63,467 nt of DNA, filler included, from Octopus bimaculoides (GCF_001194135.2; 6 parts of 5 records of this genome joined end to end with filler, not necessarily neighbours in it); one strand, 5' to 3'. Numbered from the whole stretch's first letter, positions 26,099 to 38,242 are shown. The notes: generated from the letters alone by a model not told the origin. Numbers and translations are program-made.

Positions 26099-26370
26099 GC
26101 TTCACAGTATACCCAACCAAGGGACATAATTCCTAACTAATCCTCTGGCCCCTTTTTCGTCCCACCACCAATCGGTTTCGCATAAAGAATACAACCGATT
26201 ATATAGCTTTATGCTCATCAGACTTAGCCGATATGGCGACTGCTTTCTGTTGTCGGAGGTGGATTAGCACAGCCGATCACCGGTTGCTGTGAAAAGGTGG
26301 TGGGACGAAAAAGGGGCCAGGGGATTAGTTCAGGAATTATCTCTCTTGGTTGGGTATACTGTGAAGCCGG
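26096..26370. repeat. Foldback element with ~75-bp inverted arms (26096-26169 and 26296-26370)
   Basis: Arms differ by 3 substitutions and 1 indel; no TSD seen. Confidence 0.92.
26167..26221 (-). ncRNA. Hammerhead ribozyme core (type I-like), truncated at the predicted cleavage site
   Basis: Minus strand reads CUGAUGA-GCAUAAAG-(19 nt)-CUUUAUGC-GAAA-CC-GAUU-GGU; perfect 8-bp helix II with G10.1-C11.1; helix III ACC/GGU; N17 is G and no helix I partner is present. Confidence 0.7.
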
Positions 26371-26606
26371 TAAAAGTTATCTTGAAGTGGGGGAAAGTGT
26401 GTACCATTAATGTGATGCCCCTGTGGGGATGGGGTGTGTAGTATCTGTAGCAATGTCATATATATATATAGTCTTTTTTTTCCGGGGGTGTATATATNNN
26501 NNNNNNNNNNNNNNNNNNNNNNNNNNNNNNNNNNNNNNNNNTTAATTAATTAANNNNNNNNNNNNNNNNNNNNNNNNNNNNNNNNNNNNNNNNNNNNATA
26601 TATACA

Positions 26607-26915
26607 TATGGCTGTGTGGCAAGTAGCTTGCTTCCCAACCACGTGGTTCGGTGTTCAGTCTCACTGCGTGGTACCTTGGGCAAGTGTCTTCTATTATAGC
26701 CTCGTGGCGACCAAAGCCTTGTGAGTGGATTTGGTAGACAGAAACTGAAAGAAACCCATCCTGTGTGTCTGTGTGTGTGTCTGTCTGTCTGTGCGTGTGT
26801 GTGTATGTATCTATGTGTATGTGTGTTTGTGTGTCTATGTTTGTCCCACAACATCGCTTGACAACCGATGCTGGTGTGTTTACGTCCCCGTAATCTAGCG
26901 GCTCGCCAAACAGGC
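26607..26915 (+). mobile_element. SINE family A
   Basis: Head, core and most of the tail. Confidence 0.85.
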
Positions 26916-27688
26916 CNNNNNNNNNNGGAGTACCATAATGGTTTCTCTCTCTGCTAGATATAGTGACCAAATCACCAGCGCTAGAAAACTTTAATCACAT
27001 GACGGCACAGACTGCGCTGACTTTAGGGTTGAACAGCAGCAATAAGCATAACAACAACAACAACAACCCGGTGACATGGTGACAACTTCAGTAGCATCAA
27101 TAGCAATATATGATGAAACTTGCTCCTCTCACACGCGTCTGTGTAAAAAAAAAATTGGATGAACACATTGGATAATATATTCCGTGCTAGACTATGCCTG
27201 AGAAAGAGAAATATCAGAGGGATGGGCACGGTTGGAATGTGTTTGGTCATAAGATGCAAAACAACAACACTATTCTGTCTGTAGCAGCCGATATATTATT
27301 ATGTAGTGTTTATTTCTTCAGTGAGGAGAGCTCGCTTGTTGCTGAGGCAGCTACTGCTGCTGCTGTTGTTGAGGTTGATGCTAATGTTACAGCTGCTGCT
27401 GTTGCTGCTGTAGCCGTTGCTGCTTGCTATTGGTGATGCAGCATTATGTTATTGTGTTTGATGATGTTGTGATGTTGATGGTATTGTTGTTCTTGAACTT
27501 ATTACGTTGACACTATCCATGTGATGCATTTTGCAATTGTGTTATTGTAGTTGTTCTCGTTGATGTACTGTTGTTATTCCTATTGATGTTGTTTTTGATT
27601 GTGGTGGTTGTTATTACTTTAATGTTACTGAAGCGAAAATTTTGCTACTGTGGGAATGTGTTGTAATACAGTTATTGTTAGTATTATC

Positions 27689-27826
27689 GTTCCGCCGAGA
27701 TCGACTTTGTTTTTCATTGTTTCGGGGGTCGATAAAATAAGTACCAGTTGAGCATTGGGGTGAATGCAATCGACTTATCCCCTCCCTCCCAAAAAACTGC
27801 CCTTGTGGCAAAATTTGAAACCATCA
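27689..27826 (+). mobile_element. SINE family B, 5'-truncated (tail type 1)
   Basis: CCGCCGAGATCGACTTTG core; tail GCCCTTGTGGCAAAATTTGAAACC. Confidence 0.75.
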
Positions 27827-27835
27827 TTAGCATTA

Positions 27836-28012
27836 TGTTGAAGGCAGTGAGCTTGCAGAATTGTTATCACGATTCAAATTCTGCCGAGGTCGACTTAGCC
27901 TTTGATTTTTTCGGTGTTGATAAATTAAGTACCAGTAAAACATTGGGGTCGATATAATCGACTTGTCCTCTCCCGCCAAATTTCAGGTCTTGTGCCTATA
28001 GTAGAAAGGATT
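27836..28012 (+). mobile_element. SINE family B (tail type 2)
   Basis: AAGGCAGTGAGCTTGCAG head; tail CAGGTCTTGTGCCTATAGTAGAAAGG then (ATT)n. Confidence 0.75.
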
Positions 28013-28019
28013 ATCATTA

Positions 28020-28070
<51 letters not shown>

Positions 28071-28120
28071 GGAGATTTTTCTTCTTTCTTCAAATTTTTT
28101 CCCATTATTATTATTATTGA

Positions 28121-28644
28121 GTGAGAGAGCATGGGGTAAAATATACGAAGCCCAATATACCCATCATGACTACCCGTCTGATAAGGGTACACCAGGCACA
28201 TGCATCACAACCATATGTGCGCGACATGGTGATCTCATATCAAGATAAACAGCGCATGACCTCGCATGTGGGGCCCAGTTAGAACTTTCTTTGAGTAGAC
28301 CATTCTGCTCAAAAGGTCCCTGAATAAGGTTTGTTTGAGGATGTTGAGCAAAATACCCATGTTTCCAAAGGTGAATTATTCAAACCCTAAAGAATTCCTC
28401 TCAACACATGGCTATGATGCTCCCCCACTACTTCTGCTCGTGATCAGCGATGCACATATCGTCAGCCACCAAGCGAAATGCTCAACTGGTTAAGGTCGAA
28501 CAACTGACAAGCAAATCTGTGGTATTAAGCAGAATATTTGCTGTAGCCCATCTATTACACCAAAACAAAACCATGTACATGATAACACTTCCAATCAATT
28601 AAGATCAGAAACCATGAGAGCCACTGCTTGGTGCTGCATCCGGG

Positions 28645-28645
<1 letters not shown>
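28121..28645. mobile_element. Unclassified ~520-bp interspersed repeat, family D
   Basis: Second copy in opposite orientation at 55305-55730; both abut (TTA)n; no TIR or tRNA head seen. Confidence 0.8.
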
Positions 28646-28723
<78 letters not shown>

Positions 28724-29049
28724 GTTCAGTAGTTTTATTTTTATAACGTGCTTTCACTTCACTACCGAGCACAACTCTGTGTGCCTTGGGTATGTGCTGT
28801 GGTTTGCTGTGATGCTCTTATGGTTACTGTATTGAAAGTGTTTTGCGTAGAATGTGTGCAGTGCCCAGTAGTGAAATTTTCTGTATGTTATATATAGTTG
28901 TAAGTCCTGGTGTTTTTGTTATGTATTTGTCTGAATATTTTTTTTATTATACCTAAAACAGAAACAATAGGAATTGTTTCTGTTTTTAGATTCCACATTC
29001 GAGTTACCTCTATTTCCAGGTCTTTGTATTTTGAAAGTTTTTCCATTTC

Positions 29050-29051
<2 letters not shown>
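28724..29051 (-). mobile_element. 5'-truncated R4/Dong-like LINE: endonuclease C-terminus and 3'UTR, within (TAA)n
   Basis: KEMEKLSKYKDLEIEVTRMWNLKTETIPIV..IQKISLLGTAHILRKTLSIQ*, then 3'UTR; (AAT)n on both sides of the sense strand. Confidence 0.9.
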
Positions 29052-29104
<53 letters not shown>

Positions 29105-29419
29105 TGTTTGACTTTTGCTTTGCATTTGTACAAGTTGGCTCCAAGTTTCACCAGAGACCTCAAGAGACAACAAATTAGAAGTTCATAATCTTCTTTCAAT
29201 CCTGTTTCCATTTCTTGTTGAGTGACTTCTTAACTGCTAGGGCAAAGAAGCACACTCTATACATTGGTAAGCCATCAAAATAAGCACAGCAGATTGTTCA
29301 TATACAAAATCATGTGATAGAGAAAAAGCGGAAGAACGACAGTAAAAGGAAAAAATAAAAAAATGAAAAAGTAATCGAAGAAAATAAAGGGAGAAAAGAG
29401 AAACAGAATTCACAGCGAC

Positions 29420-29945
29420 CATACCCCTCTCATTGACGTGCCAATTAAAACAATCTTTTGCACTTCATGCATGGATGGTAAGTCAGAGATCATTCTTAGA
29501 TGATGTACAGTTCTTTTTTTGATGATTCCAAATGCTCCTGCAATCACTGGTATTGTAACCGTTTTAAGATGCCACATCTTTCCGATTTCGATTAGCAAAT
29601 CTATATTTTCTGAGCTTACCAAATTCTTTTGCCGAGATATTAGGGTCACAAGATATGCTCATGTCAATCAATAAACAGATTTTATTGTTTTGGTCTTTCA
29701 CAAACGTATCTGGTTTGTCTGCTTTGATGTCTGGTCTGCACAGACTGGGATGTCCCAAAGAATCGTTACAGCTTCTCTCTCAATTACGGCCTCACGGTGG
29801 TGCTTCTACCATTTGTTAGCAGTTTTGATTTTATAATGCCGACACATTATCTAATGTAGATATTGGCCAACTTTGTCATGTCTTGATTTCTACTCTACAG
29901 ATGCTAGAACCTTACACCCAGAGATTAGGTGTTCCATCATTGCAG
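29420..29945 (-). mobile_element. R4/Dong-like LINE fragment: Zn knuckle and RLE endonuclease
   Basis: EHLISGC..RHDKVGQYLH..TILWD..ADKPD..CLLIDMS..KMWHLKTVTIPVIAGAFG. Confidence 0.9.
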
Positions 29946-29975
29946 TATCGGCACTTTGGGTCTATTATTATTATT

Positions 29976-30023
<48 letters not shown>

Positions 30024-30574
30024 ATTGTTGTTATTGTTGTTATTANNNNNNNNNNNNNNNNNNNNNNNNNNNNNNNNNNNNNNNNNNNNNNNNNNNNNNN
30101 NNNNNNNNNNNNNNNNNNNNNNNNNNNNNNNNNNNNNNNNNNNNNNNNNNNNNNNNNNNNNNNNNNNNNNNNNNNNNNNNNNNNNNNNNNNNNNNNNNNN
30201 NNNNNNNNNNNNNNNNNNNNNNNNNNNNNNNNNNNNNNNNNNNNNNNNNNNNNNNNNNNNNNNNNNNNNNNNNNNNNNNNNNNNNNNNNNNNNNNNNNNN
30301 NNNNNNNNNNNNNNNNNNNNNNNNNNNNNNNNNNNNNNNNNNNNNNNNNNNNNNNNNNNNNNNNNNNNNNNNNNNNNNNNNNNNNNNNNNNNNNNNNNNN
30401 NNNNNNNNNNNNNNNNNNNNNNNNNNNNNNNNNNNNNNNNNNNNNNNNNNNNNNNNNNNNNNNNNNNNNNNNNNNNNNNNNNNNNNNNNNNNNNNNNNNN
30501 NNNNNNNNNNNNNNNNNNNNNNNNNNNNNNNNNNNNNNNNNNNNNNNNNNNNNNNNNNNNNNNNNNNNNNNNNN

Positions 30575-30776
30575 GGTGGTGTGAGCTGGCAGAATCGTTC
30601 GAGCTCTGGACGAAATGCTTAGAGGTATTTCGCCCGTCGCTACATTCTGAGTTCAAATCCCGCCGAGATTGACTTTGCTTTTTATCCTTTCGGGATTGAT
30701 AAAATAAGGGGTCGATGTAATCGACTAGTCCCCTCCCCCAAAACTGCTGCCCTTTGTGGGAAAATTTGAAACCAGT
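30575..30776 (+). mobile_element. SINE family B (tail type 1)
   Basis: Head GGTGAGCTGGCAGAATCG; tail GCCCTTTGTGGGAAAATTTGAAACC then (ATT)n. Confidence 0.85.
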
Positions 30777-31199
30777 ATTATTATTTTTTTGTGTGCATGT
30801 ATATTTCTTAAATGGCTTATAAACACCTTCCACGCTGCAATGGTTTATTATTATTATTATATTTTAAAAAGAATTGGCGTAACTCTTCACAAAGGTAAAC
30901 AGTCAAGATGAAGAGGGCGATTCGATTGTTAGATATTTTATTGGTTGAACGATATTTCAACAGTAAATCTGCCTTTGTCAAGTTCAAAATAAGAAGTGAT
31001 AAAAATTCAAAATTTAAACGTAAAGTATGAACTAGAGCAACCAGCGTCCACACGTTGATGGAATGACATCATCAGTTTTTTTAAGTTACAATTTTATAAT
31101 AGGAGAAAAGAAAAAGACGGAAAAAAACAGAAAAAAGTAAAGAAAAACGGAGAAAGAAGAATATTAAATCAAACAGTTTTGTATAAATTTGATGATATT

Positions 31200-31769
31200 C
31201 TCCTGTCATCTTATTCATTCCTCCAGGGCGTGATGTCAATAACCCGCAAACATATTTCTCCTCATACATTCTGAGTAGTGAAAGTGAAGTAGAGTCAGAA
31301 TATTTTGTAAGAATAAGTCTTCTTCAAAATTGCAGCCGCTTGAAACGAAATGTTCAACAAGTTCTGTGCAACTATTGTTATTGCGCCTGACGTCGAATCT
31401 GTGCCCATTAAACTTTTTGTTTAATTGCTGTTGTGTTTCGTGCATTCTGCAGTGCACACCAAATGAGAATCTTTACATGTTCCACCTTCTGTATAAATCA
31501 TAACATTTCTGTTATGATCTCTGATGGAACTCACTTCAATCATGGTGTTGCACAATGAACAGGGCTTACCTCTCTTGCGGCTGTTCTTTAAGGTACAGCG
31601 TGCAGATACTCCAATGTTTGTTTTCTTGGAGTCAGATATAGAGGTCAATAATTCTCTTATGTTCTTATTCCGTCGAAAGGTTATAATGGGCGGCTGAGGA
31701 AATATCTGTTTGAAACGAGGATATTTTTTCGCCACATGCTGGTAACTTGCATGCAACACTTTTGAAATG
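31200..31769 (-). mobile_element. Penelope-like element fragment: RT-EN linker and GIY-YIG endonuclease
   Basis: FPQPPIITFRRNKNIRELL..RGKPCSLC..TCKDSHLVCTAECTKH, then QQLNKKFNGHRFD..ELVEHF after a frameshift. Confidence 0.85.
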
Positions 31770-32577
31770 NNNNNNNNNNNNNNNNNNNNNNNNNNNNNNN
31801 NNNNNNNNNNNNNNNNNNNNNNNNNNNNNNNNNNNNNNNNNNNNNNNNNNNNNNNNNNNNNNNNNNNNNNNNNNNNNNNNNNNNNNNNNNNNNNNNNNNN
31901 NNNNNNNNNNNNNNNNNNNNNNNNNNNNNNNNNNNNNNNNNNNNNNNNNNNNNNNNNNNNNNNNNNNNNNNNNNNNNNNNNNNNNNNNNNNNNNNNNNNN
32001 NNNNNNNNNNNNNNNNNNNNNNNNNNNNNNNNNNNNNNNNNNNNNNNNNNNNNNNNNNNNNNNNNNNNNNNNNNNNNNNNNNNNNNNNNNNNNNNNNNNN
32101 NNNNNNNNNNNNNNNNNNNNNNNNNNNNNNNNNNNNNNNNNNNNNNNNNNNNNNNNNNNNNNNNNNNNNNNNNNNNNNNNNNNNNNNNNNNNNNNNNNNN
32201 NNNNNNNNNNNNNNNNNNNNNNNNNNNNNNNNNNNNNNNNNNNNNNNNNNNNNNNNNNNNNNNNNNNNNNNNNNNNNNNNNNNNNNNNNNNNNNNNNNNN
32301 NNNNNNNNNNNNNNNNNNNNNNNNNNNNNNNNNNNNNNNNNNNNNNNNNNNNNNNNNNNNNNNNNNNNNNNNNNNNNNNNNNNNNNNNNNNNNNNNNNNN
32401 NNNNNNNNNNNNNNNNNNNNNNNNNNNNNNNNNNNNNNNNNNNNNNNNNNNNNNNNNNNNNNNNNNNNNNNNNNNNNNNNNNNNNNNNNNNNNNNNNNNN
32501 NNNNNNNNNNNNNNNNNNNNNNNNNNNNNNNNNNNNNNNNNNNNNNNNNNNNNNNNNNNNNNNNNNNNNNNNNNNNN

Positions 32578-32635
<58 letters not shown>

Positions 32636-32657
32636 GATTATTATTATTATTATTATT

Positions 32658-32698
<41 letters not shown>

Positions 32699-33269
32699 TA
32701 TTATGTTGCCGTTGTTGATGTTGCGATGATGTTGCGTTACTATGTGTTTGCTGATCAAATTGTGATGTTGTGCCACTGTTGTCGCAACTATGGCTGTTGT
32801 TACTCTTTTCATGTTGTATTTACTGTTGTGTTACTGTGTTGATGAAGTTGCTGTTGTGTTATGATTTTATTGATGTATCATTGTGTTGATAATGTCACAC
32901 TGTGACATCATTAATTTTATTTCCTCACTATAATACTCTATGCAACATATCTATAAGCCTTTGTGTTACGATGAATATAAACACTGCGCCTATATAAATG
33001 ATTCTTGACCATTTTCTACCTGTGGTCTCCTTTGATTTATATTTTAGTCATTTGAATGCCCATAAGCATTCGATGTTTAAAAAAATTCTATCCTATTTTT
33101 ATAAATAAATATCATTAGAAATTGAATAAAAATATCTTAACATATTTCGTATATTGTAGAAGTATAATCAATTTATTGCATATAATTCTTAACAAAATCA
33201 TATAAGGCCAACAGTCATACGGATCCCGATTGGGAATCACTAGTTTATATAAGGAAGATGCTCACGGTC

Positions 33270-34030
33270 AGCCATATACGTTGCATAGCTCAAGTCTGTT
33301 TGGAGTATCGTCAGCTGTTGTTCGCCTTCTGAAACTATCCACAGACCCACTTGTTGTGATTGCTACTGTTAGAATTATGGATTAGCAGTATGCTATGTGG
33401 TATATTTTCTATTTATTTATACTGTTCAGATTCCGTCGAGGCAGTTCAATCCTTCTGAAGCAGCAGTTCAAGATGTGTGGGTAGGTAACATAGAGTGTTA
33501 TACGAAAGTACTTCGCAATAACTGATCCAACGCTTTACTCTGAGTTCGTCAACGTCAACACTAGCGTCAAATTGTGTTGACATTTCACCACTGGCTCGGG
33601 AACAAAATTTGATTGGGGGATGCAAACCCAGGTCCAAATTTTCAATGTTTACTTTTATTTTGTTTTTGTTTTTTGTGAAGAAATCTAAATTCAAGCTACT
33701 TATTACAGATCAGTTTTTACGCAGTTTTCTAAACCTGAGAAAAGTAAGTTGGGGTGCAAATTTTGATTTTGCAGCCTTCAAAAGTTTTAGAAGATGCGCG
33801 CCCCTTCACCCTTGGACCCCCTGTTCTCGGGCCCATGCTTTTGACCTTTCTCTTGGACAATATCGGCGGCATAGAGAAAAGAAATTTGTTGTAAGGACAA
33901 CTAGTGTCTATATAAAAATGGTTAAAATAGCATTTGTCCTGACTTGGTCCCTAGAAAGGAACTTTACAGGGATATTTACATGGTCAGCACTTCTCGACGA
34001 GGCCTGTAAAGTATTTATTGCGCTGATGCA
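33270..34030 (-). mobile_element. Decayed CR1/L2-like LINE remnant interrupted by a MITE
   Basis: YAADIV (YADD-like), YNTLCYLPTHLE and SVDSFRRR motifs in the expected order. Confidence 0.4.
33589..33837. mobile_element. hAT-type MITE
   Basis: TIRs CACTGGCTCGGGAAC / GTTCTCGGGCCCATG (11/15); degenerate 8-bp TSD CATTTCAC/CTTTTGAC. Confidence 0.65.
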
Positions 34031-34131
34031 GTTCAGCGTATGCTGTTATTTGTGTTCTTGTTGAGGTTTTGCGTGGGTGTTATTGTTGTTATTGTTATTA
34101 CCATTCCATTGTTGTTATTGTTCTTGATATT

Positions 34132-34189
<58 letters not shown>

Positions 34190-35079
34190 CACTACTACTA
34201 TTGCTGCTGCTGCACTTGTTTTTTTCTTGTAGTAGTGTTCTATAATTATTATATTATAATTTTGCTGTTGCATCATTGTGTTGTTGCTGTTATTGTCCTA
34301 TTGTATTGGTTCCTGTTTGTTGATAATGTGCTTCTATGCTATTGTTGCTATATTAGTTGATGTGATGTTGCGCTATTGTAAAGCAGTCGATGTTATTGTT
34401 ACTCTGTTGTATTAATTATGCTATTCATGTTGTTTTTGCCAATCACGATCGAGTAGAGCCATGATAAAAACTATATTCAGGCATGCCCATCCAGTCCATT
34501 TTTTCCAACTACTGTATATCTGAAACTACATCATTTTTTGTTGCCATAAATATTATTTTGATGATAATAAGGTACAATCTGAAGTGAAATTTGACTGTTA
34601 TTTCAAGCAGGTGAAGCGACTAGATAGTGGCTCTTTTATTGGCTTGTTACTTGCTGGCCATTACTGTTGTTTTACATCTGTTATTGATTAGACATTTTGC
34701 CTAACTATTTCAGCCGTGTCTGTGTCTATGATCGACTACAGTCATCCATGTACCCTTTATTTAAGACAGTAAATTGTAATCAGAGGGATATTCGCTTGCT
34801 ATTTTCACCGAGCTGAACCATCACCCATGTCCGTCCTTGCTATCGATGTCATTATCATTGCACTTCTTATAGTTGTAGCTGTTATTGTTGCTCGGATATT
34901 GTAGTTAATGTTGTGACTGATGTTGTTGTTATTGTTGTTGTTGTCGTCAAAACCCATCCTAGTCAAACTTGATTGAGCGGACAACAGTAAAATCGCTCAA
35001 GCCACGGCTTCCCCAAATGTATGTCATGATTAGTATCTTCGGGAATATATTATCTCATATCTTTTATTTTCTTTCCGTC

Positions 35080-35707
35080 GTTGGGTCACGGCCCTGATAG
35101 GGCACCACCTGAAGGGTTTCGTCTAAAAAATCGATTCCGAGACTTTATACTTTATTTATCTTTAGGCTTGGTTGTAATTGTCGAACAGCGAAGTTACAGA
35201 GACGTAAACAAACCAACACTTGCTGCAAAGCTTTCGGTGTTTAGCACACATAACACACACACACACACACACACANNNNNNNNNNNNNNNNNNNNNNNNN
35301 NNNNNNNNNNNNNNNNNNNNNNNNNNNNNNNNNNNNNNNNNNNNNNNNNNNNNNNNNNNNNNNNNNNNNNNNNNNNNNNNNNNNNNNNNNNNNNNNNNNN
35401 NNNNNNNNNNNNNNNNNNNNNNNNNNNNNNNNNNNNNNNNNNNNNNNNNNNNNNNNNNNNNNNNNNNNNNNNNNNNNNNNNNNNNNNNNNNNNNNNNNNN
35501 NNNNNNNNNNNNNNNNNNNNNNNNNNNNNNNNNNNNNNNNNNNNNNNNNNNNNNNNNNNNNNNNNNNNNNNNNNTATATATTATAGGCTACTTTCAGTTT
35601 CTCTGGACCAGATCTACTCCCAAACACCTCCCAAAGTGTCCTTCAATAGACATGAAATCAAGACAACAGCTTTGGGATGCACGTTTTTTAACCACACAGC
35701 CACGCCT
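35080..35707 (-). mobile_element. SINE family A copy spanning an N gap
   Basis: Tail at 35080-35250 and head at 35585-35707; gap lies in the internal CA repeat. Confidence 0.7.
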
Positions 35708-37594
35708 GCACGCCTGTAGTCTTTATAATTTTTTTCTGCAGATGACATTGTGTGGTCTACATGATCTTTGGGTGCCAGGGTGACCACACCATTGCTCCCC
35801 TGCAAACACACGCTATCGGTATTGACTACTTTGTGTTGTTGATGGTGTTGCTATCGCTGTTTCTGCTGTTGCTGCCCTTGTTGTTTTTCTCCTTGTATTT
35901 GCTGTTTTGTCGTTGCTGTTGTTGTTGCTACTGTTGTTGTTAATGTCGCTGTTATAATTGTTGTTGCTTTTGTCATCGTTGTTGTTCTTATTGCTGCTGA
36001 TAGTGTTTTCGTTCTTACTGCTGGTGTTATCATTCTCAGCTACAACAACGATGAAATGTAAATGCAGTTGACTGACCTGTAATAAGTAACAGTCAAATCT
36101 CTCTCAGTTCACAACTTGTCTTTAAAATAAGCACACTGTCCTATATAGCTATAGTTGTACAAAATGATGGAATGGTCACTACTCAGAATTTCCTTGATAA
36201 ATAGACCTACAAGATTGAAATCGATCTGGTATTAGACAACAACAACAGCATCAATACTAAATGTAGCAACAACGAAAACAATAGTAACAATATCAACAAC
36301 AATAGCGACAACTTGGCTAAAGCTAACGCTATCGGCCTGACTCACACTTTCTTACGACGACGAGTGTTTCAGTCATTCGACCAGTCGACAAGCCTGCTCA
36401 GCATATGAAAACTTAATTGAATACTCATGCAAGACAGAGTCGCATATCGCAATTCTCACATCTCTCCCCTATTTCATTGTTTTTCTTCTTTAAACCTAAC
36501 GTCTCATTCTGTAAGATATTTGTTATAAATTTCACGTTTTTATCTTCCGTGCATGTGTGGTAGGAAGCTTGCATTCCAACCAAATGACTCCGGGTTCTGN
36601 NNNNNNNNNNNNNNNNNNNNNNNNNNNNNNNNNNNNNNNNNNNNNNNNNNNNNNNNNNNNNNNNNNNNNNNNNNNNNNNNNNNNNNNNNNNNNNNNNNNN
36701 NNNNNNNNNNNNNNNNNNNNNNNNNNNNNNNNNNNNNNNNNNNNNNNNNNNNNNNNNNNNNNNNNNNNNNNNNNNNNNNNNNNNNNNNNNNNNNNNNNNN
36801 NNNNNNNNNNNNNNNNNNNNNNNNNNNNNNNNNNNNNNNNNNNNNNNNNNNNNNNNNNNNNNNNNNNNNNNNNNNNNNNNNNNNNNNNNNNNNNNNNNNN
36901 NNNNNNNNNNNNNNNNNNNNNNNNNNNNNNNNNNNNNNNNNNNNNNNNNNNNNNNNNNNNNNNNNNNNNNNNNNNNNNNNNNNNNNNNNNNNNNNNNNNN
37001 NNNNNNNNNNNNNNNNNNNNNNNNNNNNNNNNNNNNNNNNNNNNNNNNNNNNNNNNNNNNNNNNNNNNNNNNNNNNNNNNNNNNNNNNNNNNNNNNNNNN
37101 NNNNNNNNNNNNNNNNNNNNNNNNNNNNNNNNNNNNNNNNNNNNNNNNNNNNNNNNNNNNNNNNNNNNNNNNNNNNNNNNNNNNNNNNNNNNNNNNNNNN
37201 NNNNNNNNNNNNNNNNNNNNNNNNNNNNNNNNNNNNNNNNNNNNNNNNNNNNNNNNNNNNNNNNNNNNNNNNNNNNNNNNNNNNNNNNNNNNNNNNNNNN
37301 NNNNNNNNNNNNNNNNNNNNNNNNNNNNNNNNNNNNNNNNNCTCGTAAAAATAACGTGCAACTGAGTGGGCATTCCGCCGATATGCGTGCCATCAAAACG
37401 TAGTTCTCAGGGAAATTCAGCTTGACATAGAATTGGACAACGCTGGCTCTTTGAATTTCAGGAATGACTCATTTAAGCCAGCTGAGTGGAGTGGAACAAC
37501 AAGAAATATAGTGTATCCATCAAGGAAACAACGTTCAACCGAGAATTGAACTCACGAGTGTGAGTGAAATACCCTGACCACTAAAGCACACGCC

Positions 37595-37693
37595 GTCGAC
37601 CTCGGCGGAATTTGAGCACAAAACGTGACGGCAGACGAATTACCGCTAAGCATTTCGCCCGGCATGCTAACGTTTCTGCCAGCTCGCGGCCTT
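37595..37693 (-). mobile_element. SINE family B head
   Basis: GTCGACCTCGGCGGAATTTGAGC...GCCAGCTCGCGGCCTT. Confidence 0.8.
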
Positions 37694-38088
37694 ACTACAA
37701 CAACATATTGCAAAGAAACAGCGATAACAAAGGAATAACATTAAGCTATTGGTTTCATTATTAATCCGGTTTAATCCAGGATCGGGGAAGGATTATAGGA
37801 TTATAAATTATTAATGTTGTATAGTTCCATTTTTATCATTATATCATTATACTCACAATAACCATACACAGCATGGGTGTATACTGACCGTGAGTGTGTG
37901 TGTGTAAGTGTGTGTGTATTCACATCTACCAGGGTATTGTATATGTATGAACACACAACCCTATACATACATTTGTGCATGAAAACGTGTGTGCGTGTGT
38001 GTGTATGTGTGTGTGTATCTACGATTGCATATATCTGTACGAAGAAGTATATCTGTGTAGGGACGCATGTGTATGTGCGTCGACATAT

Positions 38089-38120
<32 letters not shown>

Positions 38121-38204
38121 TCTTATTGCTTCATTTCTATGCGACCTCATTGAAAGCTTTTCAGCTTCCTGAATCCCCCCTCTTTCTCTCTCTCTCTCTC
38201 TCTC

Positions 38205-38242
<38 letters not shown>

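Noticed and set aside
26101-26130. CACAGT as a RAG/Transib recombination-signal heptamer in the foldback arm
   Set aside because: No nonamer at 12- or 23-bp spacing, and it is not at the terminus.
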